Shown: piece by piece, positions 23,002 through 34,469 of the stretch
Layout: every line of letters starts with the position of its first letter
How positions within the stretch are numbered: position 1 is the stretch's first letter
Notes under the pieces: generated by a model
Database searches by the model: none
Seen by the model: only the letters and a program-made list of their open reading frames with translations
Told to the model about the DNA's origin: nothing
Assembly: GCA_016748015.1 (NCBI GenBank)
Contig: JAAOMT010000698.1
Location: 22,554-63,761, forward strand
Direction: 5' to 3'
Length of the DNA: 41,208 nt
From: Geosiphon pyriformis uo1
Taxonomy: Eukaryota > Fungi > Glomeromycota
Translations under genes and position numbers: made by a program

Positions 23002-26000
23002 TTTTTCAATTCTCTAGCCAGAAATCTTGAAATTCTGGAATTCTATGATTTCTCACCTGAGAATCTTATAATTCTGGAATCCTGCAATTTCTCTAAAAGA
23101 AATCTTAAAATTTCATTTTTTATTATGTCTATTCTAATTGGCTAATTTATGTACTAATATATAATTTCTATATTCTATAAGTAATATTATTCTCTTTTTT
23201 TAATATTAAGCTCTATTAAAATTTTCTATATTTTTTAACTCTTCATTTTTAATTAACTTTTAAATTTTTTTTTTAAGAATTACTTGAATTATTTTGATCT
23301 GTAATTTTTCTAATTGGGTATTGGTTATTTTACTCAATTAATTAACAGTAATTATATTCATTATTGAATTAAGTAGTATTGCTGATCAATCCTGAAATCC
23401 TATATATAACCAATATATAACTTGGACTTGTGTGAACAGATTGCTTTTTCCCACAAATTGTTCAAGTTGTTGTAGTATTGTTGTATTGAATAACTATTTT
23501 GTTTTGTCAATATATAAGTTCTAAATATTCAGGTTTTGTCCCAAATAATAATAACAAAAGTTTTTTGGAAATTATTGTATCTACCAATTTCAAGTTTTTT
23601 TTATTAATTCTTGGTATAGTACAGCTATTTTTGGTATTTTTATTATCAATTTTAATTTTGCTATTATCTTGTTTATGGTGTTTTCTGGTTTTTTGTGTGC
23701 TTTATATTGGATTTTTTTTATTTTCTTTGTACTAAATAGTTTATTGGTTGATTGTAATTTCCATGTTTTGTTGTTGAATTAGTTAAAATAATTATTGTAT
23801 AAGTGAGTAGATATTGTCAGTAATTTCTATATTTTGTTTGTTGCTTTTGTCATATATACTGTGTCTTTATATATTATTTCAGTTGATTAATTTAATGTGT
23901 TTGTATTAATAATTATGATTAGNNNNNNNNNNNNNNNNNNNNNNNNNNNNNNNNNNNNNNNNNNNNNNNNNNNNNNNNNNNNNNNNNNNNNNNNNNNNNN
24001 NNNNNNNNNNNNNNNNNNNNNNNNNNNNNNNNNNNNNNNNNNNNNNNNNNNNNNNNNNNNNNNNNNNNNNNNNNNNNNNNNNNNNNNNNNNNNNNNNNNN
24101 NNNNNNNNNNNNNNNNNNNNNNNNNNNNNNNNNNNNNNNNNNATATTAATTCTTTGTGATTAGTGTATATTTCAAACTTCTGACTTAAATATTCTTTCTA
24201 TTTAATAACTGTCTAATAGATAATTAAGTGTTTTAGTGCTGGTGTTTCATAATTTTTTTCCATTAAACTCAAACTTTGGCTGGCATATGCTACTGGATGT
24301 TTTCATTTATTTAGTCTTCTCTAATATAGTACAGCTCCCAATGCTTAACCAAACACATTGGTGGTAATAATGAATAACTTGTTGTAGTCTGAATAGATCA
24401 GTATTGGTGCTTGGATAAGCTTTCTTCTTAGTATATTAAAAGCTTCTTGTTGAGTTTCTGTTCATTCATATTTCATATTTTTGGTTTAAAGCTAGTAAAA
24501 TGGTTAAGCCAGTTTGAAAAAATTCTGGATAAAGCAGTAGTAATATTCAGTAAATCCCAAGAATGCTTGTAATTTTATCAAATTTGTTGATACTAAAAAG
24601 TTTTTTACTATCTCTATCTTATCTGAATCTGTTTTGATGTCATTATTGCTTATAACATGTCTTAAAAATTTCAGTTTTGTTTTGCCAAAGAAGCATTTGG
24701 TGGCATTAAACTTTAGCCCTGCTTATCTTAATTTTTTGAACACTTGCTGTAGATGATAAAAATAATTATCAAATATTTTTAAGAACACATTGGTATCATC
24801 TAAATACATGACTACTGATTTCTATAGTAGTCCAGTATAAACAATTTTTATTAGTCATTAGAAAATGACTGAAGCATTAATTAAACCAAATAATATTACT
24901 TCAAACTTAAAGTTTTCTTTTTTGATGGTGAATATAGTCTTTTTCTTGTCAGCTGAATTTATGACTACTTGTCAATAACTACTATCTAAATTCAGTATTG
25001 AAAACCATTTTTTTCCTTCAAAAGCATTAAATAATTTCTGAATTCATAGAATTAGATAGCTGTTTTTAAGAGTAATATTGTTGAGTTTTCTGTAATCTAC
25101 ACAAAAGCAAATTTTTTTATTCTTTTTGTGGATTAGTACCACTGGTAATGACTATGAACTTAACGATAATTAAATTAACCCATTGTCTAATATTTGGTTA
25201 ATTTTTTGTCAGATGATTTTATGACTTGCTTGTATTATTCAGTATGTTGTTTGTTTAATTAACATTGCATCTCCAGTCTTGATCTGGTGCTAAATAATAT
25301 CAATTCTGCCAAATTTATTTTCACAAGTAAAAATATCAGTAAAATTGTTAAGTAACATTTTAAGTTGTATCTGTTATAGTGAATCTAAGTTTTTCAAGTT
25401 TATTTTTTCCAATTGTTTGGATTGAAACAAATAGTATTTTTCTTATCCATATATTGTTTGTGATGTGATATCTACATATCTACACAGTTGTAGAAAATTT
25501 GGAATGGTGTTTGGTAGTTGATTTTTAACTTTAGTACTTAAATATCTGATAATAGTTCTTTTTAGATCTTTAGTTGTATTATAAATAAGAATTTTGATGT
25601 GCTTGTTATTTTTAGCTGGTATATAGAGATTGATAATAGCAATTTCTTTTAATTTACAAATAGTGGCTTCTGCTTTGAAAATTTGGGGTTGATTTCTCAT
25701 TTTTTTTTCTATAACTATTAAATACTAGTTATAAGATAGAATAGAAATTGATTGACTGGTAGAAATAATTTTTTCTTTATTAATTAATTTTTCTTCTATC
25801 ATATTAACTGGTATGTCTATTTTACTTATAGATCTGAATCTATTTTTCTTTCTGGCTGTAATCCCTAATTTTTTCTTTGTTCTTATTAACACTAACTGAA
25901 TTATTTTTACCAAAGGTAAGAATATTGTCTGCACTATTTTTTCATTCAGTTTAATAATATATTCTTTTTTCGAGTTATTTTGTAATATTACAATGATATT

Positions 26001-27465
26001 TCCTATATATTCTGCATCAATTATTTCTTCCTTAATGTTGATTTTCTTCTTTGCTAAACTAAATCTAAATGTTAATTAAATTATTATTATTGTTGAAATT
26101 TCTAATATTAATTTTAAATCTATACAGATGTGTAAATATAATTTTAATTTGATGACATCTTTTCCTGAATATTTCAGATCAAACTCTGCATCAGTATTAT
26201 ATGCATGTTTTAACATAATACTTTTGTTATTATTGCTGAGCCATTTGAGTTCTTGCTTCTTGGAAAGATTAGGGAGCATAATATATTGTTTGGAATTACA
26301 ATCGGAGTCTGAATCATTATTGTTGTTATTGTTATTTTGAATAGAACTGGAACTGTTGTTATTGTCATCATTGTTAGAGTTTGAATTGTGATTGAGTGGT
26401 AATTTCAATTCTATTTTACAGCTGTTGATTGGTTTTTTCTTTTCTGAGATTGTGTAAGTTATGTTTGGTAGTTGATTGTAAATAATGTCACAATTATTAC
26501 AATATTGGAAGTCACATGGAATTAAACAGTAATCACATAGATAGATATTGAAATATTCTAAATATTGCTTTTGTTCTTCTTTAGTAGATGTTAATTTTTG
26601 ATGATATTTGTAGAATTGTTCTAAATTTATGATATTAAAAATAATATTGAAGTTTAAGATCCAAATAATTTCTTTGGATTCTAATGAGTTGTTTTTGATT
26701 ATTTTGATTTCTTTTAAAGTTGTGCCTTTAATTTTGGCAATTGCCATTTTTTATATTTTGTTGTTGTTATATGAACAGCTGTTCAAACATTTTACAGCTT
26801 TTTTCTAAGCAGTATCTATTGGCATTTCTTTTTTTACCCAATTGCTTATGAGAATCATGTACTGACATGATTCATCACATGTTTTTTCACAATTAGAAAT
26901 GTCATTTTACATTTCTTTGTCTAGGAGAGTTTTTCCACAAGCAAGACATGATTTATTGTTCTATTTTGTTTGTTTTTTTGGTCATCCAAAGTGTTCAAGG
27001 GTGTATGGATAACAGTAGTATTTTGTGGCCATTGGCCATTCTTTATTATTATTACAACATATGCCCATTGTTAACAATTTTTTACCACAATTTATGCAAA
27101 TAATTTGGGTTGATAATAGTTTGGCTGATATTAAGTAATAGTAATATATGATATATATATAAAAGTAGTTGCTTGGAGAGTTTTTTTTTTTCTCTTTACC
27201 CTTTTTTTTTTATGTAGGTATTGGTGATAATTTATTGTGTTCTTTTTCAGCCCATAAAACTTAATATATTTTTCAGATAGGTTTTTTTTTTCCTTAAACT
27301 CAATTAGTGGCTGTTTGTTGGTATTGGTTTTGAAATAATCACAAATGGTTGGCACTCAAATATTTTGGCCATTTTGGCTTAGTTGTAATTTTTGAGTGTT
27401 CCAATCAAACACCACATTGGTTTTGAACAGCCAGTTATTATCAATGAAAGCTTGGTACTATGTAG
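22254..27465 (-). mobile_element. Family B copy 3: 3' LTR (22254-23186), PPT, ORF3 relic, [gap], RNase H, RT, dUTPase, Cys-rich domain, protease C-terminus; truncated by LTR-A at 27466
   Basis: YLDD ~24795-24806; RNase H motifs ~24200-24420; dUTPase AYNTDAEFDLKY ~26170-26210; CDYCLIPCDFQYCNNC in ORF 26076-26747; YQAFIDNNW at ~27430-27457. Confidence 0.85.
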
Positions 27466-28441
27466 TGTTACCAGAGGTTTTTAGTCTCTTCTTAGCTCTT
27501 GTATGTTTGTTATAATGCTGTGAATTCACATTTTCTGGATGTGGTTGAACCTCCAGTAACTGAATTTTTAACTTCAAATTATCTCCTACAATTTGAACTG
27601 CTGGGCTTATAAGTGGAATGGCCAATTTCGTGCCAGTTACTTTATGTAGTTACATTGTAGTAAATGTCAACTCTTTCCCAGGAATTGCTCGTCTGGAAGC
27701 TCACTAAAAATATGTAGTTACTTTGCTGTGAAAGTCAACTCTTCTACAGGAATCTCGTCTGTAGGCTACCCTAATGATTGTAATAAGAAAAGAAAAGGAA
27801 AATAAAAGAAATGTAAAAGAAATAGAATTTTGTTAAGAGAAATATTTTCTATCCAGGCCTGGAATCACTAACAGTTTATTGAAATTGGTAGCTAATCAAT
27901 TTCAAAACGTTAGTTGAATTTTGGGGATTTTTCAAGTGTAATAATTAAAGAATTTGGTTTTTCGAATTATTTGATATTTATTTCTTTTGTGTGTGTAGAA
28001 ATGGTTTTAAGTGATAAATCTAAAGTAAGATACATTTTCTCGAAGAGAAAAGCTCTTCTTTTATACAACTTGTCATAACACTATTCTATGAACTTGAACT
28101 TTGTTATTTTCTACAATTTCACTGAACTAAAGATACATTTCGGCAAACTACAAGTTATTTCGGCAAACTATTAGATATTTTGGTAAACTATCAATTATTT
28201 CAGCGAATTTTTACAAATTTCAGCGAACTTTTGAATGTTATATAGTTCGGAGTATTGCATGATTATTGCAATTAGATTACATTTGTGTTGTGTACAATTT
28301 GGGTTATTAATTAAATGATAATTTTGGACATTTTTGCTAATGTAATAAGTAATCATTTGAAATGATAATATATGCTAATTAATGATAGAAATTATAAGAT
28401 AATTTCATGCTAAATAATATCTCTAATTTTGTTTAGTAACA
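27466..28441 (-). repeat. 3' LTR (family A), 976 bp
   Basis: TGTTACC...AGTAACA; colinear with 36202-37162. Confidence 0.92.
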
Positions 28442-28444
28442 TAA

Positions 28445-28454
28445 CCTCCTCCTC
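28445..28454 (-). promoter_or_regulatory. Polypurine tract GAGGAGGAGG
   Basis: Lies 3 nt upstream of the 3' LTR on the minus strand. Confidence 0.85.
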
Positions 28455-29129
28455 AAGACTGAGCTTCGTCAAAGTCCAAGTACTGTCTGTTATTTCCAGA
28501 TAATAATCCAAAATTATTAAAGAAATTTGGTCTGAAAATTGTTAAAATTTCAGTTCTGTAAGCTTTCCAATATATTGAATTTTCAAAGGTTGAAAAATTG
28601 GGTTTTGCAGTATGTTTTCACAGGTGTGGAATAGGTCATAAAATCTAAGAGCAGCTCTGAGCTTGTAGTGACTGTTTGTTGGTCCAGCTGTTGTCTTGAA
28701 TTCGTTGTGGAGTTGTTTTTGAATAGCTTCTTTTGTGAGGTTTACTGTTGTAAGTTCCAGTTTCCATTTGTAAAGTGTTTTTCCAATGTGGAAATATCTA
28801 TAGATTGGAGGATATTCAGTGTTTTCTTCATTGAAACACAATTGAAGTCTTTGTTGACTTGTAGCATTTGGTGGAATACTAATTGGAGTGAGCATTAGGT
28901 TTTTTCTTAAAGCAAGCTTTAAAAGTTCTGGCAGGTGAATTCCAGTATAACTTCTTATGTTCTTCTTATACGGGTGATATTTTTGTAAATTTGGGGCTAA
29001 ATTTGTAACTACTTCTGTTTGAGTATAATTAATGTGGTTTCCAGTAACAGTAATAGATAATTCAGGTATTGTTTTTAAAGCTAACATTAGTTTTTAGGAT
29101 AATTGTTGAATGTTTTAAGAAATAGTCAT
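28450..29129 (-). pseudogene. Accessory ORF3 of unknown function between integrase and PPT (open segment 28542-29087, 181 aa)
   Basis: In-frame ATG at 29129 with two TAA codons before 29087; frame stays open past the TAA at 28542 up to the PPT; homologous relics in two B elements. Confidence 0.75.
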
Positions 29130-29289
29130 TATAAACAATTGAAAAATATAAAAATTATTTTTGGTGTATAAGTTTTTATGTTATTTTTGTTTTGTTTTTG
29201 TGAGATTGTTTCTAAATTATAAGAGAATAACTAGTAAAATTAAATTAAGTGTTCAGGTTGGAAGGTTGTTCAATAACAACTATTGGTTC

Positions 29290-30630
29290 TAAGTTTCAGG
29301 GAATATCTTCGGGACTAACCAAAAGGGAATGTGTACCAATTTGTGGAATTAATGGTTTAAGATTGTTTTTGGAATAATAGTGTTTCAAACGATCTCCATG
29401 TGCAACTTTTACTATGATTTTGTTATTAAGTCTTAGCTTGTATGATTTGTTGTTTAGGGCTTTATGAATAAAAAATGGTCCATCTCATTTATTTTCAAAT
29501 TTTCCACTCCATTGTTTTTTAGCTTTAGTTCTGTGTAAGAGAATTTTGTTTCCAATTTTAAATTCATTGGTGACTGAAGGCAATTTGTCATCATGCCGTT
29601 CTTTTTGTTGAGCTTGGGAGTGTTCAATATGAGTGGCTGCTATTTGTCGTTTTCCTTCCAATGTGCTAAGCAAAGTGTAGGCTCTTTGTTAAAGCGTTTC
29701 TTGGAAATTGTTTTCATTGATTGGTTGTGCTGGGTATGTTTCTACTGTGAAACTAATTGGTAACATTGCCGTCCTTCCATAAGTTAAATCAAATAGTGTG
29801 TGTTTTGTGGTATCTTGTTTTAGTGTCCTATATGCTAGTAACACTGATGGAATAAAGAGATCCCATTTTTGCTCAAAATTGGTTGAAACTTTGGCTAATG
29901 ATTCACACAATGTTCTGTTAAAACGTTCCACAAATCCGTTTATTTGTGGATGGTAGGGCGAAGACAGAGGTCTTTTGATATTGAATCATTCGCAAATTTC
30001 TTGTATTAGGTTGTTCACAAAGTGTGTTCCCTGATCGGATAAAAGTTCAATTGGACATCCGTGTCTACAAATGATGTCTTTGTAGATAAAATTTGCTACT
30101 GATTTCACATCTGCTCATTGAATGGCTCTGGCTTCAGACCATTTAGTAAGATAGTTTACAGCTACTGCAATATAACAGTTTCCTTGGTTTGTGATAGGTA
30201 GTGATCTGACTAAATCGATACCAACTTTGTCAAAAGGCTGTCCAACTTTGATTGGATTTAAAAGTTCTGTAGGGCGAGTTCCTCCTCTTTTTTGACAACT
30301 ATCACAAGATTTGACATATTTGTGAATGTCTTTTTTCATTCAAGGCCAAAAGTAGTATTCTAGTGTTCTTTGGGTGGTGCTATCTTTTCCGAAGTGTGCT
30401 GATGAAAGATCTAAGTGCATGTTGTATAAAATGGTCTCTTTTTTCTGTTCTTGTATTAATCTGAGTGGTTTGGTTGGGTTTTTGAAATTTCGATGATAGA
30501 TAATGTTGTTGTGTAGAAAATATTGTTTGGCTTGTTGTTGTAACCAATGTTTTTCATCTGAGGACCAATCTGTTGGAATTGTTAATGTCTCCAAATATTG
30601 TTTGAGATTGTTGTAGTTTTCGGGATTCAT
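29290..30630 (-). pseudogene. Integrase (HHCC, DDE core, GPF module)
   Basis: HLDLSSAH...CDSC; VGIDLV; LSDQGTHF; VERFNRTL; DGPFFI; several stops. Confidence 0.92.
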
Positions 30631-30689
30631 TGTTTGTTGTTTTGATGCTGTTAATTCAAATGGGTGTTGGTTTCATTTTTTAATCTTGC

Positions 30690-31090
30690 CTCATTCTTAA
30701 GAGACAATCAACGTTGGTATGAAGTTTTCCTGATTTGTGATATATAATGTATCAGTAATTAGCTAAAAATCCTGTCCATCAGGTTTGTTTTGCATTCAGC
30801 TGAGTGTTTTTGTTCTGAAGCCATTTAAGTCCAATATTATCAGTGATAATATCAAATTCTTTGGGTCTGAGATAAAAGTTGAAGTGATGTAGGGCCCAGA
30901 TTACTGCTGCGGTTTCTAATTTTGTTGTGGAGTAGTTTTTTTCAGCTGGCTTCAATGTTCTACTAGCATAAGCAATTACTCGCTCATTTCTATTGTCATC
31001 TAACTGTGATAGGATGGCACCAAAGGTAGTATAAGAGGCATCAGTTGCTAACCAGAATTAGTTGCTGAAATCTGGGTAGGTGAGAATTGG
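30690..31090 (-). pseudogene. RNase H
   Basis: PILTYPDF..LATDAS..GAILSQ..VIAYASRTLKPAEKNYSTTKLETAAVIWAL..ITD. Confidence 0.9.
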
Positions 31091-31830
31091 AGTAATCCAA
31101 TAAATCCTTTTAATTCTGTGGTATTTCGTAAAGTCTTGAAGTTCTTGACAGTACTGATTTTTCCAGGGTCTGGTTTAATTCCATCTTTGTTAACAATGTG
31201 ACCAAGAAAAGCTAAACTTGTTTTTCTGAAGTAGCATTTTTCAATGTTCAGTTTCAATCTTGCTTTCCGTAATCGTTGAAAAACTTCTCGCAGGTGAATT
31301 AAATGTAGCTCAAAAGATGGTGAATAAACATCAGTGTCATCAAGATAAACTACTACTGATTTCCAAAGGAGGCCTTTATAAACAACATCCATGAGTCTTT
31401 GGAATGTTGCTGGTACATTGCATAATCCGAAAAGCATTACATTGAACTTGTAATTTCCTCCTTGAGTTGTGAATGCTGTTTTGGAGTGGTCTTTGGGATT
31501 CATAGCAACTTGTCAGTATCCACTCTCTAAATCTAATGTTGAAAAGTATTTGGACTTTCCAAGGGCATCCAACATGTCATCAATTCGGGAAAGAGGGTAG
31601 GCATCTCCAATAGTGACACTGTTGAGTTGTCGATAATCAACACAAAATCGTATCTTTCCATTTTTCTTTTTAACTAGGACCACAGGTGAGGCCCATGGGT
31701 TTATCGATGGTTGAATAAGCCTATTGTTAAGCATCCATTGTACTTCTTCTCGGATAAATTGGTGACTTTCTGGGACAACTCGGTAGGCTTGTTGTCGCCT
31801 TAGTTTGGCATCTTCTGTATAGATTTGGTG
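31091..31830 (-). pseudogene. Reverse transcriptase
   Basis: PWASPVVLV, RFCVDYRQLN, FSTLDLESGY, KTAF, FGLCNVPATFQRLM, YLDD. Confidence 0.95.
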
Positions 31831-32380
31831 TTAAACTAAATCAGTTCTTCTTAAGTCATTGTTGTTTTCGGCGAAGATATCAGCAAATTCTGCAATTAGC
31901 TCTTTGAGCTGGGTCTGTTGTTGTGGTTTAAGTTGTCCCATGTTGATTCGAGATAGTTTTTCCATGACAACATGGTAGTTTTTAGAGCTGGGGTTTGGGT
32001 TGATTTTTGGTAATAAATGTCCAATAATTTCAGAAAAATCAGGGACTGTTTGGGGTAATTCTTGTTGAAATATATTACTGTGAATAACTCCAATTTCTAA
32101 ATTATTTAATAAAACTATGGGGTAATTATTGGGGTTGTAAAAAGTAACTCGGACTTTCTTTGTTCCTTCTGGAATATAAATGTTTGGAATTGAAATATTA
32201 TGTTCCAAGCAGACTTGTTCATTGAACTCAAAAATTTGCTGTGTGGTTGTTGGCTTTGGGCAGGTGTAAATTTCTGGATGTTTTCTAAAGGGTGAGATGG
32301 TAATTGGTTGTGGAAGTCTGAGAATCTGATGAGATTTGTTCTATGTGTTAAGAGCTATATTAACTGGAACTGTGAATCGT

Positions 32381-32800
32381 CCAGTTGAACCAAAATCTTG
32401 GGTTTCTCTATCACTTTTTCCTAATTGTTTTCTTTGATTGACTAATTACAAATCTGAAATGTTGATTAGGAGTAGGTAAATAGCTTGGGCAATTTTTTCA
32501 GTATGTTTGATCTTGAATGGTTTGTCAGTTTTATTTTGAAGCATTACTGTTATGTCTTCAGTATATCCAGCATCGATTATTCCTCTTCTGACATTGATTC
32601 CTTTGCTTGCCAAAAAGGACCGGGAGGCAATTTGAACCATTGCTCCTGGTGGGATTTCAAGTGCAATTTTGAGGTTGATTTTTGTGAGAGATTTGGATTT
32701 GAAAACAAGAATCTCCTTGTCTGGATATCTTAAGTTATATCCAGCATCAATTTCATGTGCTTTTTCAGTTTTTATTCCTTGTCTATTGTTGTTGAAGTAT
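32381..32800 (-). pseudogene. Trimeric dUTPase domain in the pol polyprotein
   Basis: All five motifs recognisable: DAGYNL, SRSFLASKG, GIIDAGY, KIAQ, RETQDFGSTG (the last beyond a stop at 32446). Confidence 0.92.
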
Positions 32801-32914
32801 TTGAGTTGTAAGGCAGACTGATTTTCAATAAGATAGATGGGTGTTGTTTCAATTTCTTCAGTTGCTTCAGGTTCTCCAAATTCAATTTCGTTCTCATCAC
32901 TTTCACTGGGCAAG

Positions 32915-33690
32915 GGGATGCTAAAAGCATAGCATTCAGGACACTACTGTTCATCACAAGGCATAATGCATTCTTCACATAGCCTAATGTTCATTTGCTC
33001 TAATCGTTGAATTTGAGCTTCTTGGATTGGGTAGATGTGGCTTGCAATTTGGTGGTAAACTTCTACTTCATCTTCGTAATTGAATCCAGCTAATTCTATG
33101 ATGTATTCAATGTATTCTGCTTCCTTCATTTGACGGACATTTTCTTTGGTAGCTCTATTAATTAATGTCATTGCTAGGTCAAAAATCATCTCAGCATCAT
33201 GGAGGCAGTGATAAAGTTTGTTGAGAGCACTGTTGTATGCTGCATTAAAGGGTGTTCCTCTTTTTACTTTTTCTGAAATTAATAAAGCATATTGACAGGT
33301 CTGATCGTAGACTCTTCTTCTTATTGCTACATCAATCCAATTGCATTCTTCTGGTAGCATATCTTCACAAGTCAAACAAGAGGTGTTATCCCATTTTCCG
33401 CTTCTTTTTATTAGATGGTCCCATCGTTCTCTGTGGCAAGTCTTGCAGTAATAACAAGTATGATTTTCATATTCTTTTTCAGGTGAAATGCAGGCTCCCA
33501 TTGACAATAGTTTCTTGTGGCAGTCTTTACATTTAAGGGGAATATAGGGGCATTGTTTCCTTGGTTCTGGCTTTGAATATGAGATATTCCATCCAGGAGT
33601 TTCGGATTCAGAGTGTGGTGTAAAATGTTCTTGTTCAGTTTCATCGGCCCAATTGGACGTTGATCCAAGAGCCATGAATATTTTGATCAT
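32915..33690 (-). pseudogene. Cys-rich (putative Zn-binding) polyprotein domain of unknown function
   Basis: CKDC, YYCKTC, CLTC, CEECIMPCDEQ*CPEC; counterparts in B1 and B3. Confidence 0.7.
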
Positions 33691-33771
33691 TGGTTTTTCT
33701 TCTTCTGGTTCAAATTCAAAAGCCGGGGCTTTTTTGGAGCATTTGTTAAATGTACCACAAGTGGCAGGTAC

Positions 33772-34299
33772 TCAGGCATGTTGTCCTTGGTAAAAAATTT
33801 GTAGTTCTTGGGTTTTCCAGTCTAATTTCGCATTGGCTTTCTGGAGCCAATAATTTCTGACAAGAGCTTGGTATTGGGGAGCATCCATGACCAAAACTTT
33901 GACTGGAATAGTGATTCCGTCAATTGTGAATGAGAAATTGTCAATCTCTTCTACTGGAGTCTTTTTTATGTCATTGGCAGTGACAATGATTGTCTGAGCT
34001 GGTCGGTCAACATTTTTTTTTAGCTGCTGCATCAATTGATATGTGATAATGCTTCTGGCGGATCCATTGTCTAGGATCAAGCGAATTGACTTTTTTTTTA
34101 CTTCAGCTTCTGTGTACATTGCAGTGATGGCTTTTTGCTCATTAGCTGCTGCATTGCTAAGCAAGAATGGTGATTTATTTGCTTCAAATTCGAAAGGGAA
34201 TATATCTGAAAGGTTGGCATTTTCAGCAATTCTGGCTGGTGGGATTGTGGTAGGAGTATAGAAAGAGTTTTGTTGTTGTGCTGCAGCTCTACTTTCCAA
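33772..34299 (-). pseudogene. Retropepsin-type aspartic protease
   Basis: IRLILDNGSARSII (DSG mutated to DNG; intact DSG in B1) and YQALVRNYW. Confidence 0.88.
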
Positions 34300-34469
34300 G
34301 AGTGCAGTATGGTGAAAATTCTGTTCTTCAGGTATTGTTAAATAACTGGGTTGAGTATGATAGTGATTGGATCTTGGTTGAATGAAATTTTGGGGGACTA
34401 ATTGGTTGTTCGAACTAATTCTATTGTTGTTTACTTGGTATTGGTTTTGTGGTATGAATTGGTTTTGTG

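Noticed and set aside
29240-29400. Chromodomain after integrase
   Set aside because: C-terminal tail is short and lacks the aromatic-cage/YLVKW pattern
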